Below are positions 38,642 through 49,282 of a stretch of DNA of 64,000 nt, piece after piece. How positions within the stretch are numbered: position 1 is the first letter of the stretch; every line of letters starts with the position of its first letter. Source of the DNA: Bilabrum cf. latius. Taxonomy: Eukaryota. The notes beneath the pieces were generated by a model. The model had not been told where the DNA came from, searched no databases, and worked only from the letters and a program-made list of their open reading frames with translations. The stretch is taken from positions 1,364,001-1,428,000 of the forward strand of contig OZ237739.1 of the NCBI GenBank assembly GCA_965178125.1, written 5' to 3'. A program made the translations under genes and the position numbers.

Positions 38642-39182
38642 GCGAGTACTGTTGGCAAAGGACAGGCATCTTGCTAAATCGTTTAACAGAACACTCAACA
38701 GCGGGGATCTTTATCCCAGTCAGTCTTTCAGACCCGTCCGTTTGACCAAAGCCAGACTGGCGGCCTTTTGACGGGGGTTGTCCACGCAAGAACGGCGGGA
38801 CTTCTCGTGCTTTGCAGTGCTTCCGGTTTTCCAAACTGCATCGCACTGCTGCGAGATTCGCCGGCCAGCCCGACGGAAACTCTCACAAGCTACCACCAAC
38901 GAGAAACGAGAAGCTGAAACAAGCCAACAGAGACGTCGACGAGTGGACATATCTATATAAGCCGTATTGCGTTCTATTGCATCGGCAATCCATTCTATAC
39001 TACCCATTTGCAGTCGCGTGAGGCGTGTCTCGACCTGGCATTCCGGCCTGGTGGCAAATCGCATCGAGTGCCAAGTATTGGCGAGACTGCTTCTGTCCAT
39101 GCCCCACCAAGTCCCCATCCACACATGGCGCAGCTAGTATATTCCTGGCGTTCAACTACCTACACTCTAAGCTGCAAGCAGC

Positions 39183-40649
39183 ATGGAGTGTAGTTTCGGT
39201 GCCGACTGCATCAACTACAACTGCTCGCGAGTGCATCCGGCAGGCCGCAAGCAGCTGTGCCACTACGGACATGACTGCACCAGCAGCAAGTGCAAGGCCA
39301 TGAGGCTGCATCCGAAGGCAGGGCATGGGGCGGCAGCGGCGGCCAGGGGCGCGGCGGGGGCCGGGCATGCGAAGCCATGCAAGTTCCGGGCAGGGTGCAC
39401 ACGGTACGGGTGCCACTTCGCACATCCCCCGGGGAGGCCCAGGGACTGCAAGCACGGCTTCGCGTGCCACGGCCGTGCCAGCGGTGCCTGTCCCTTCCTG
39501 CATCCTGCCGCCAGCGGGGCAGGTGCAGGTGCAGGTGCAGGTGCAGGCAGCGGGGCAGGTTCCATGGCGCTGGTGCCGTGTCGCAGGGCGGGGCATGCAG
39601 CCGCCGTGCGGGCTGCCCCTGGTGCCATGCACGGGCATGAGCATGTGCACGCAGGCACCAGCACATACACCAGCACCAGCAGCACCAGCACCAGCAGCAC
39701 GGAGGCTGTGAGCAGGCGTGTCGTGGTGCGGGACGTAGTGCCGGCGGCCCCACCTGCACGCACCCGTGTGGTGAAGCAGCGCAAGGTGATCGAGGCCTGT
39801 CTGTGCTTCGACACCACGGGCTCCATGTACAAGTACCTGGACGAGGTGCGCAAGGGACTGACCGACCTGGTCAGTGGCCTGGTGCGAGTGGCAGGCGAGA
39901 ACGACACGGACCTGCGGATCGGCATCATCGCGCATGGAGACTACGACACGAAGGAGACCAGCTACGTGATCAAGTTCCTGCCGCTGCTGTCAGTGGGCAG
40001 TGCCTCGATGGAGCCGGCCAAGCTGGAGGAGAACCTGGCTAACGTCCTCGCCTTCGTACGCACCGTAGGGCCTACGGGCGGCTGCACCTGGCCGGAGGCA
40101 TACGAGCTGGCGCTGAGCAAGGCCGCGCACAAGATGGGCTGGGGCCCGCACTCCCGCCGCGTCATGGTCATGGTGGGCGACGCCAACCCGCACGAGCCGG
40201 GCTACAAGTGCGGCGACTTCACCAACACCATCGACTGGCGCGAGCAGCTGGCCTGGCTGGCCAAGAAGAAGGTACGCATCTACGCCGTCAAGGCTGGGAA
40301 GTACGAGCGGTCTAGGCCGTTCTGGCAGAAGCTGGCCGACGACACGGGCGGCAGGAGGCTGGACGTGTCCGACATGGAGACAGTGCCCGACCTGATGGTG
40401 ATGGCCGTGGCGCGCGAGATGGGCGACAAGGCCTTCAGGGCGTGCACGCGGCGCATCCAGGAGCGCAGGGGCGGCGGGGCCTTCCGTGGCGAGCTGGCGG
40501 CGGGCTACAGGCTGATCGAGATGGTGGAGGTGGTGCGGCGGACCCGAGTGGTGGCGAGGCCCGGAGCAGGGGCACGGCCAGGGCCAGGGCCAGGGGCAGC
40601 GAGGGGTGGCGCGGCGGGGCACGGCAAGGGTCGGGGGCACGGTGCGTGA
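39183..40649 (+). CDS. CCCH-type zinc-finger + von Willebrand factor A domain protein, copy 1 (variant A)
   Basis: Four C-x5-C-x4/6-C-x3/5-H repeats, vWA CFDTTGSM, VMVGDANPH, WREQL. Variant loops GDYDTKETSY / GGCTWPE. Ends at TGA. Confidence 0.88.
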   Translation: MECSFGADCINYNCSRVHPAGRKQLCHYGHDCTSSKCKAMRLHPKAGHGAAAAARGAAGAGHAKPCKFRAGCTRYGCHFAHPPGRPRDCKHGFACHGRASGACPFLHPAASGAGAGAGAGAGSGAGSMALVPCRRAGHAAAVRAAPGAMHGHEHVHAGTSTYTSTSSTSTSSTEAVSRRVVVRDVVPAAPPARTRVVKQRKVIEACLCFDTTGSMYKYLDEVRKGLTDLVSGLVRVAGENDTDLRIGIIAHGDYDTKETSYVIKFLPLLSVGSASMEPAKLEENLANVLAFVRTVGPTGGCTWPEAYELALSKAAHKMGWGPHSRRVMVMVGDANPHEPGYKCGDFTNTIDWREQLAWLAKKKVRIYAVKAGKYERSRPFWQKLADDTGGRRLDVSDMETVPDLMVMAVAREMGDKAFRACTRRIQERRGGGAFRGELAAGYRLIEMVEVVRRTRVVARPGAGARPGPGPGAARGGAAGHGKGRGHGA

Positions 40650-41324
40650 GCAGGTTGGGGAGGTGCTGTACCGGCGCTGTTTGCGATTGAGGCTCCCCGG
40701 GTTCATGTGGGTGTATGGAATGAATGTTGTTGCAGAGTACTCGCTGGTCCTTCCATGTCGCGGTGTGTTCCTTCAGCCCCTTCCAATCTGGCCTGGCTCA
40801 TACATCAAGTCTGGTGTCCTTCATTCTGGCAGTAGATTGCTCTCCGCCAAGGCATGGGGGCTTGCGCCTTGATGGTGGTCTCCACCCTCTGGACTTCAGT
40901 CTATACGGCTGGTGGTAGCATTGACTTGCAAGAACGGCGGGACTTCTCGTGCTTTGCAGTGCTTCCGGTTTTCCAAACTGCATCGCACTGCTGCGAGATT
41001 CGCCGGCCAGCCCGACGGAAACTCTCACAAGCTACCACCAACGAGAAACGAGAAGCTGAAACAAGCCAACAGAGACGTCGACGAGTGGACATATCTATAT
41101 AAGCCGTATTGCGTTCTATTGCATCGGCAATCCATTCTATACTACCCATTTGCAGTCGCGTGAGGCGTGTCTCGACCTGGCATTCCGGCCTGGTGGCAAA
41201 TCGCATCGAGTGCCAAGTATTGGCGAGACTGCTTCTGTCCATGCCCCACCAAGTCCCCATCCACACATGGCGCAGCTAGTATATTCCTGGCGTTCAACTA
41301 CCTACACTCTAAGCTGCAAGCAGC

Positions 41325-42791
41325 ATGGAGTGTAGTTTCGGTGCCGACTGCATCAACTACAACTGCTCGCGAGTGCATCCGGCAGGCCGCAAGCAGCTGT
41401 GCCACTACGGACATGACTGCACCAGCAGCAAGTGCAAGGCCATGAGGCTGCATCCGAAGGCAGGGCATGGGGCGGCAGCGGCGGCCAGGGGCGCGGCGGG
41501 GGCCGGGCATGCGAAGCCATGCAAGTTCCGGGCAGGGTGCACACGGTACGGGTGCCACTTCGCACATCCCCCGGGGAGGCCCAGGGACTGCAAGCACGGC
41601 TTCGCGTGCCACGGCCGTGCCAGCGGTGCCTGTCCCTTCCTGCATCCTGCCGCCAGCGGGGCAGGTGCAGGTGCAGGTGCAGGTGCAGGCAGCGGGGCAG
41701 GTTCCATGGCGCTGGTGCCGTGTCGCAGGGCGGGGCATGCAGCCGCCGTGCGGGCTGCCCCTGGTGCCATGCACGGGCATGAGCATGTGCACGCAGGCAC
41801 CAGCACATACACCAGCACCAGCAGCACCAGCACCAGCAGCACGGAGGCTGTGAGCAGGCGTGTCGTGGTGCGGGACGTGGTGCCGGCGGCCCCACCTGCA
41901 CGCACCCGTGTGGTGAAGCAGCGCAAGGTGATCGAGGCCTGTCTGTGCTTCGACACCACGGGCTCCATGTACAAGTACCTGGACGAGGTGCGCAAGGGAC
42001 TGGCCGACCTGGTCAGTGGCCTGGTGCGAGTGGCAGGCGAGAACGACACGGACCTGCGGATCGGCATCATCGCGCATGGAGACTACTGCGACAAGGGCTC
42101 CAGCTACGTGATCAAGTTCCTGCCGCTGCTGTCAGTGGGCAGTGCCTCGATGGAGCCGGCCAAGCTGGAGGAGAACCTGGCTAACGTCCTCGCCTTCGTC
42201 CGCACCGTGGGGCCCACAGGTGGAGGTGACGCCCCGGAGGCATACGAGCTGGCGCTGAGCAAGGCCGCGCACAAGATGGGCTGGGGCCCGCACTCCCGCC
42301 GCGTCATGGTCATGGTGGGCGACGCCAACCCGCACGAGCCGGGCTACAAGTGCGGCGACTTCACCAACACCATCGACTGGCGCGAGCAGCTGGCCTGGCT
42401 GGCCAAGAAGAAGGTACGCATCTACGCCGTCAAGGCTGGGAAGTACGAGCGGTCTAGGCCGTTCTGGCAGAAGCTGGCCGACGACACGGGCGGCAGGAGG
42501 CTGGACGTGTCCGACATGGAGACAGTGCCCGACCTGATGGTGATGGCCGTGGCGCGCGAGATGGGCGACAAGGCCTTCAGGGCGTGCACGCGGCGCATCC
42601 AGGAGCGCAGGGGCGGCGGGGCCTTCCGTGGCGAGCTGGCGGCGGGCTACAGGCTGATCGAGACGGTGGAGGTGGTGCGGCGGACCCGAGTGGTGGCGAG
42701 GCCCGGAGCAGGGGCACGGCCAGGGCCAGGGCCAGGGGCAGCGAGGGGTGGCGCGGCGGGGCACGGCAAGGGTCGGGGGCACGGTGCGTGA
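41325..42791 (+). CDS. CCCH zinc-finger + vWA protein, copy 2 (variant B)
   Basis: Same as copy 1 but with loops GDYCDKGSSY / GGGDAPE. Confidence 0.88.
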   Translation: MECSFGADCINYNCSRVHPAGRKQLCHYGHDCTSSKCKAMRLHPKAGHGAAAAARGAAGAGHAKPCKFRAGCTRYGCHFAHPPGRPRDCKHGFACHGRASGACPFLHPAASGAGAGAGAGAGSGAGSMALVPCRRAGHAAAVRAAPGAMHGHEHVHAGTSTYTSTSSTSTSSTEAVSRRVVVRDVVPAAPPARTRVVKQRKVIEACLCFDTTGSMYKYLDEVRKGLADLVSGLVRVAGENDTDLRIGIIAHGDYCDKGSSYVIKFLPLLSVGSASMEPAKLEENLANVLAFVRTVGPTGGGDAPEAYELALSKAAHKMGWGPHSRRVMVMVGDANPHEPGYKCGDFTNTIDWREQLAWLAKKKVRIYAVKAGKYERSRPFWQKLADDTGGRRLDVSDMETVPDLMVMAVAREMGDKAFRACTRRIQERRGGGAFRGELAAGYRLIETVEVVRRTRVVARPGAGARPGPGPGAARGGAAGHGKGRGHGA

Positions 42792-43466
42792 GCAGGTTGG
42801 GGAGGTGCTGTACCGGCGCTGTTTGCGATTGAGGCTCCCCGGGTTCATGTGGGTGTATGGAATGAATGTTGTTGCAGAGTACTCGCTGGTCCTTCCATGT
42901 CGCGGTGTGTTCCTTCAGCCCCTTCCAATCTGGCCTGGCTCATACATCAAGTCTGGTGTCCTTCATTCTGGCAGTAGATTGCTCTCCGCCAAGGCATGGG
43001 GGCTTGCGCCTTGATGGTGGTCTCCACCCTCTGGACTTCAGTCTATACGGCTGGTGGTAGCATTGACTTGCAAGAACGGCGGGACTTCTCGTGCTTTGCA
43101 GTGCTTCCGGTTTTCCAAACTGCATCGCACTGCTGCGAGATTCGCCGGCCAGCCCGACGGAAACTCTCACAAGCTACCACCAACGAGAAACGAGAAGCTG
43201 AAACAAGCCAACAGAGACGTCGACGAGTGGACATATCTATATAAGCCGTATTGCGTTCTATTGCATCGGCAATCCATTCTATACTACCCATTTGCAGTCG
43301 CGTGAGGCGTGTCTCGACCTGGCATTCCGGCCTGGTGGCAAATCGCATCGAGTGCCAAGTATTGGCGAGACTGCTTCTGTCCATGCCCCACCAAGTCCCC
43401 ATCCACACATGGCGCAGCTAGTATATTCCTGGCGTTCAACTACCTACACTCTAAGCTGCAAGCAGC

Positions 43467-44945
43467 ATGGAGTGTAGTTTCGGTGCCGACTGCATCAACT
43501 ACAACTGCTCGCGAGTGCATCCGGCAGGCCGCAAGCAGCTGTGCCACTACGGACATGACTGCACCAGCAGCAAGTGCAAGGCCATGAGGCTGCATCCGAA
43601 GGCAGGGCATGGGGCGGCAGCGGCGGCCAGGGGCGCGGCGGGGGCCGGGCATGCGAAGCCATGCAAGTTCCGGGCAGGGTGCACACGGTACGGGTGCCAC
43701 TTCGCACATCCCCCGGGGAGGCCCAGGGACTGCAAGCACGGCTTCGCGTGCCACGGCCGTGCCAGCGGTGCCTGTCCCTTCCTGCATCCTGCCGCCAGCG
43801 GGGCAGGTGCAGGTGCAGGTGCAGGTGCAGGCAGCGGGGCAGGTTCCATGGCGCTGGTGCCGTGTCGCAGGGCGGGGCATGCAGCCGCCGTGCGGGCTGC
43901 CCCTGGTGCCATGCACGGGCATGAGCATGTGCACGCAGGCACCAGCACATACACCAGCACCAGCAGCACATACACCAGCACCAGCACCAGCAGCACGGAG
44001 GCTGTGAGCAGGCGTGTCGTGGTGCGGGACGTAGTGCCGGCGGCCCCACCTGCACGCACCCGTGTGGTGAAGCAGCGCAAGGTGATCGAGGCCTGTCTGT
44101 GCTTCGACACCACGGGCTCCATGTACAAGTACCTGGACGAGGTGCGCAAGGGACTGGCCGACCTGGTCAGTGGCCTGGTGCGAGTGGCAGGCGAGAACGA
44201 CACAGACCTGCGGATCGGCATCATCGCGCATGGGGACTACTGCGACAAGGGCTCCAGCTACGTGATCAAGTTCCTGCCGCTGCTGTCAGTGGGCAGTGCC
44301 TCGATGGAGCCGGCCAAGCTGGAGGAGAACCTGGCTAACGTCCTCGCCTTCGTCCGCACCGTGGGGCCCACAGGTGGAGGTGACGCCCCGGAGGCATACG
44401 AGCTGGCGCTGAGCAAGGCCGCGCACAAGATGGGCTGGGGCCCGCACTCCCGCCGCGTCATGGTCATGGTGGGCGACGCCAACCCGCACGAGCCGGGCTA
44501 CAAGTGCGGCGACTTCACCAACACCATCGACTGGCGCGAGCAGCTGGCCTGGCTGGCCAAGAAGAAGGTACGCATCTACGCCGTCAAGGCTGGGAAGCAC
44601 GAGCGGTCTAGGCCGTTCTGGCAGAAGCTGGCCGACGACACGGGCGGCAGGAGGCTGGACGTGTCCGACATGGAGACAGTGCCCGACCTGATGGTGATGG
44701 CCGTGGCGCGCGAGATGGGCGACAAGGCCTTCAGGGCGTGCACGCGGCGCATCCAGGAGCGCAGGGGCGGCGGGGCCTTCCGTGGCGAGCTGGCGGCGGG
44801 CTACAGGCTGATCGAGACGGTGGAGGTGGTGCGGCGGACCCGAGTGGTGGCGAGGCCCGGAGCAGGGGCACGGCCAGGGCCAGGGCCAGGGGCAGCGAGG
44901 GGTGGCGCGGCGGGGCACGGCAAGGGTCGGGGGCACGGTGCGTGA
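43467..44945 (+). CDS. CCCH zinc-finger + vWA protein, copy 3 (variant B)
   Basis: Same as copy 2, with a 12-nt longer Thr/Ser linker and a Y>H change (GKHER). Confidence 0.88.
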   Translation: MECSFGADCINYNCSRVHPAGRKQLCHYGHDCTSSKCKAMRLHPKAGHGAAAAARGAAGAGHAKPCKFRAGCTRYGCHFAHPPGRPRDCKHGFACHGRASGACPFLHPAASGAGAGAGAGAGSGAGSMALVPCRRAGHAAAVRAAPGAMHGHEHVHAGTSTYTSTSSTYTSTSTSSTEAVSRRVVVRDVVPAAPPARTRVVKQRKVIEACLCFDTTGSMYKYLDEVRKGLADLVSGLVRVAGENDTDLRIGIIAHGDYCDKGSSYVIKFLPLLSVGSASMEPAKLEENLANVLAFVRTVGPTGGGDAPEAYELALSKAAHKMGWGPHSRRVMVMVGDANPHEPGYKCGDFTNTIDWREQLAWLAKKKVRIYAVKAGKHERSRPFWQKLADDTGGRRLDVSDMETVPDLMVMAVAREMGDKAFRACTRRIQERRGGGAFRGELAAGYRLIETVEVVRRTRVVARPGAGARPGPGPGAARGGAAGHGKGRGHGA

Positions 44946-45620
44946 GCAGGTTGGGGAGGTGCTGTACCGGCGCTGTTTGCGATTGAGGCTCCCCGGGTTC
45001 ATGTGGGTGTATGGAATGAATGTTGTTGCAGAGTACTCGCTGGTCCTTCCATGTCGCGGTGTGTTCCTTCAGACCCTTCCAATCTGGCCTGGCTCATACA
45101 TCAAGTCTGGTGTCCTTCATTCTGGCAGTAGATTGCTCTCCGCCAAGGCATGGGGGCTTGCGCCTTGATGGTGGTCTCCACCCTCTGGACTTCAGTCTAT
45201 ACGGCTGGTGGTAGCATTGACTTGCAAGAACGGCGGGACTTCTCGTGCTTTGCAGTGCTTCCGGTTTTCCAAACTGCATCGCACTGCTGCGAGATTCGCC
45301 GGCCAGCCCGACGGAAACTCTCACAAGCTACCACCAACGAGAAACGAGAAGCTGAAACAAGCCAACAGAGACGTCGACGAGTGGACATATCTATATAAGC
45401 CGTATTGCGTTCTATTGCATCGGTGATCCATTCTATACTACCCATTTGCAGTCGCGTGAGGCGTGTCTCGACCTGGCATTCCGGCCTGGTGGCAAATCGC
45501 ATCGAATGCCAAGTATTGGCGAGACTGCTTCTGTCCATGCCCCACCAAGTCCCCATCCACACATGGCGCAGCTAGTATATTCCTGGCGTTCAACTACCTA
45601 CACTCTAAGCTGCAAGCAGC

Positions 45621-47078
45621 ATGGAGTGTAGTTTCGGTGCCGACTGCATCAACTACAACTGCTCGCGAGTGCATCCGGCAGGCCGCAAGCAGCTGTGCCA
45701 CTACGGACATGACTGCACCAGCAGCAAGTGCAAGGCCATGAGGCTGCATCCGAAGGCAGGGCATGGGGCGGCAGCGGCGGCCAGGGGCGCGGCGGGGGCC
45801 GGGCATGCGAAGCCATGCAAGTTCCGGGCAGGGTGCACACGGTACGGGTGCCACTTCGCACATCCCCCGGGGAGGCCCAGGGACTGCAAGCACGGCTTCG
45901 CGTGCCACGGCCGTGCCAGCGGTGCCTGTCCCTTCCTGCATCCTGCCGCCAGCGGGGCAGGTGCAGGTGCAGGTGCAGGCAGCGGGGCAGGTTCCATGGC
46001 GCTGGTGCCGTGTCGCAGGGCGGGGCATGCAGCCGCCGTGCGGGCTGCCCCTGGTGCCATGCACGGGCATGAGCATGTGCACGCAGGCACCAGCACATAC
46101 ACCAGCACATACACCAGCACCAGCAGCACGGAGGCTGTGAGCAGGCGTGTCGTGGTGCGGGACGTAGTGCCGGCGGCCCCACCTGCACGCACCCGTGTGG
46201 TGAAGCAGCGCAAGGTGATCGAGGCCTGTCTGTGCTTCGACACCACGGGCTCCATGTACAAGTACCTGGACGAGGTGCGCAAGGGACTGGCCGACCTGGT
46301 CAGTGGCCTGGTGCGAGTGGCAGGCGAGAACGACACGGACCTGCGGATCGGCATCATCGCGCATGGGGACTACGACACGAAGGAGACCAGCTACGTGATC
46401 AAGTTCCTGCCGCTGCTGTCAGTGGGCAGTGCCTCGATGGAGCCTGCCAAGCTGGAGGAGAACCTGGCTAACGTCCTCGCCTTCGTACGCACCGTGGGGC
46501 CTACGGGCGGCTGCACCTGGCCGGAGGCATACGAGCTGGCGCTGAGCAAGGCCGCGCACAAGATGGGCTGGGGCCCGCACTCCCGCCGCGTCATGGTCAT
46601 GGTGGGCGACGCCAACCCGCATGAGCCGGGCTACAAGTGCGGCGACTTCACCAACACCATCGACTGGCGCGAGCAGCTGGCCTGGCTGGCCAAGAAGAAG
46701 GTACGCATCTACGCCGTCAAGGCTGGGAAGTACGAGCGGTCTAGGCCGTTCTGGCAGAAGCTGGCCGACGACACGGGCGGCAGGAGGCTGGACGTGTCCG
46801 ACATGGAGACAGTGCCCGACCTGATGGTGATGGCCGTGGCGCGCGAGATGGGCGACAAGGCCTTCAGGGCGTGCACGCGGCGCATCCAGGAGCGCAGGGG
46901 CGGCGGGGCCTTCCGTGGCGAGCTGGCGGCGGGCTACAGGCTGATCGAGACGGTGGAGGTGGTGCGGCGGACCCGAGTGGTGGCGAGGCCCGGAGCAGGG
47001 GCACGGCCAGGGCCAGGGCCAGGGGCAGCGAGGGGTGGCGCGGCGGGGCACGGCAAGGGTCGGGGGCACGGTGCGTGA
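45621..47078 (+). CDS. CCCH zinc-finger + vWA protein, copy 4 (variant A)
   Basis: Variant A loops with shorter Gly-Ala and Thr/Ser linkers. Confidence 0.88.
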   Translation: MECSFGADCINYNCSRVHPAGRKQLCHYGHDCTSSKCKAMRLHPKAGHGAAAAARGAAGAGHAKPCKFRAGCTRYGCHFAHPPGRPRDCKHGFACHGRASGACPFLHPAASGAGAGAGAGSGAGSMALVPCRRAGHAAAVRAAPGAMHGHEHVHAGTSTYTSTYTSTSSTEAVSRRVVVRDVVPAAPPARTRVVKQRKVIEACLCFDTTGSMYKYLDEVRKGLADLVSGLVRVAGENDTDLRIGIIAHGDYDTKETSYVIKFLPLLSVGSASMEPAKLEENLANVLAFVRTVGPTGGCTWPEAYELALSKAAHKMGWGPHSRRVMVMVGDANPHEPGYKCGDFTNTIDWREQLAWLAKKKVRIYAVKAGKYERSRPFWQKLADDTGGRRLDVSDMETVPDLMVMAVAREMGDKAFRACTRRIQERRGGGAFRGELAAGYRLIETVEVVRRTRVVARPGAGARPGPGPGAARGGAAGHGKGRGHGA

Positions 47079-47740
47079 GCAGGTTGGGGAGGTGCTGTAC
47101 CGGCGCTGTTTGCGATTGAGGCTCCCCGGGTTCATGTGGGTGTATGGAATGAATGTTGTTGCAGAGTACTCGCTGGTCCTTCCATGTCGCGGTGTGTTCC
47201 TTCAGACCCTTCCAATCTGGCCTGGCTCATACATCAAGTCTGGTGTCCTTCATTCTGGCAGTAGATTGCTCTCCGCCAAGGCATGGGGGCTTGCGCCTTG
47301 ATGGTGGTCTCCACCCTCTGGACTTCAGTCTATACGGCTGGTGGTAGCATTGACTTGCAAGAACGGCGGGACTTCTCGTGCTTTGCAGTGCTTCCGGTTT
47401 TCCAAACTGCATCGCACTGCTGCGAGATTCGCCGGCCAGCCCGACGGAAACTCTCACAAGCTACCACCAACGAGAAACGAGAAGCTGAAACAAGCCAACA
47501 GAGACGTCGACGAGTGGACATATCTATATAAGCCGTATTGCGTTCTATTGCATCGGCGATCCATTCTATACTACCCATTTGCAGTCGCGTGAGGCGTGTC
47601 TCGGCCTGGTGGCAAATCGCATCGAATGCCAAGTATTGGCGAGACTGCTTCTGTCCATGCCCCACCAAGTCCCCATCCACACATGGCGCAGCTAGTATAT
47701 TCCTGGCGTTCAACTACCTACACTCTAAGCTGCAAGCAGC

Positions 47741-49282
47741 ATGGAGTGTAGTTTCGGTGCCGACTGCATCAACTACAACTGCTCGCGAGTGCATCCGGCA
47801 GGCCGCAAGCAGCTGTGCCACTACGGACATGACTGCATCAGCAGCAAGTGCAAGGCCATGAGGCTGCATCCGAAGGCAGGGCATGGGGCGGCAGCGGCGG
47901 CCAGGGGCGCGGCGGGGGCCGGGCATGCGAAGCCATGCAAGTTCCGGGCAGGGTGCACACGGTACGGGTGCCACTTCGCACATCCCCCGGGGAGGCCCAG
48001 GGACTGCAAGCACGGCTTCGCGTGCCACGGCCGTGCCAGCGGTGCCTGTCCCTTCCTGCATCCTGCCGCCAGCGGGGCAGGTGCAGGTGCAGGTGCAGGT
48101 GCAGGCAGCGGGGCAGGTTCCATGGCGCTGGTGCCGTGTCGCAGGGCGGGGCATGCAGCCGCCGTGCGGGCTGCCCCTGGTGCCATGCACGGGCATGAGC
48201 ATGTGCACGCAGGCACCAGCACATACACCAGCACATACACCAGCACCAGCAGCACGGAGGCTGTGAGCAGGCGTGTCGTGGTGCGGGACGTAGTGCCGGC
48301 GGCCCCACCTGCACGCACCCGTGTGGTGAAGCAGCGCAAGGTGATCGAGGCCTGTCTGTGCTTCGACACCACGGGCTCCATGTACAAGTACCTGGACGAG
48401 GTGCGCAAGGGACTGGCCGACCTGGTCAGTGGCCTGGTGCGAGTGGCAGGCGAGAACGACACGGACCTGCGGATCGGCATCATCGCGCATGGGGACTACG
48501 ACACGAAGGAGACCAGCTACGTGATCAAGTTCCTGCCGCTGCTGTCAGTGGGCAGTGCCTCGATGGAGCCTGCCAAGCTGGAGGAGAACCTGGCTAACGT
48601 CCTCGCCTTCGTACGCACCGTGGGGCCTACGGGCGGCTGCACCTGGCCGGAGGCATACGAGCTGGCGCTGAGCAAGGCCGCGCACAAGATGGGCTGGGGC
48701 CCGCACTCCCGCCGCGTCATGGTCATGGTGGGCGACGCCAACCCGCATGAGCCGGGCTACAAGTGCGGCGACTTCACCAACACCATCGACTGGCGCGAGC
48801 AGCTGGCCTGGCTGGCCAAGAAGAAGGTACGCATCTACGCCGTCAAGGCTGGGAAGTACGAGCGGTCTAGGCCGTTCTGGCAGAAGCTGGCCGACGACAC
48901 GGGCGGCAGGAGGCTGGACGTGTCCGACATGGAGACAGTGCCCGACCTGATGGTGATGGCCGTGGCGCGCGAGATGGGCGACAAGGCCTTCAGGGCGTGC
49001 ACGCGGCGCATCCAGGAGCGCAGGGGCGGCGGGGCCTTCCGTGGCGAGCTGGCGGCGGGCTACAGGCTGATCGAGACGGTGGAGGTGGTGCGGCGGACCC
49101 GAGTGGTGGCGAGGCCCAGAGCAGGGGCACGGCCCGGGGCAGGGCCAGGGCCAGGGCCAGGGGCAGGGCCAGGGGCACGGCCAGGGGCAGGGCCAGGGGC
49201 AGGGCCAGGGGCACGGCCAGGGGCAGGGGCAGCGAGGGGTGGCGCGGCGGGGCACGGCAAGCGTCGGGGGCACGGTGCGTGA
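47741..49282 (+). CDS. CCCH zinc-finger + vWA protein, copy 5 (variant A, expanded Gly-Pro-Ala tail)
   Basis: Variant A loops with a hexamer repeat expansion at ~49120-49230. Confidence 0.88.
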   Translation: MECSFGADCINYNCSRVHPAGRKQLCHYGHDCISSKCKAMRLHPKAGHGAAAAARGAAGAGHAKPCKFRAGCTRYGCHFAHPPGRPRDCKHGFACHGRASGACPFLHPAASGAGAGAGAGAGSGAGSMALVPCRRAGHAAAVRAAPGAMHGHEHVHAGTSTYTSTYTSTSSTEAVSRRVVVRDVVPAAPPARTRVVKQRKVIEACLCFDTTGSMYKYLDEVRKGLADLVSGLVRVAGENDTDLRIGIIAHGDYDTKETSYVIKFLPLLSVGSASMEPAKLEENLANVLAFVRTVGPTGGCTWPEAYELALSKAAHKMGWGPHSRRVMVMVGDANPHEPGYKCGDFTNTIDWREQLAWLAKKKVRIYAVKAGKYERSRPFWQKLADDTGGRRLDVSDMETVPDLMVMAVAREMGDKAFRACTRRIQERRGGGAFRGELAAGYRLIETVEVVRRTRVVARPRAGARPGAGPGPGPGAGPGARPGAGPGAGPGARPGAGAARGGAAGHGKRRGHGA

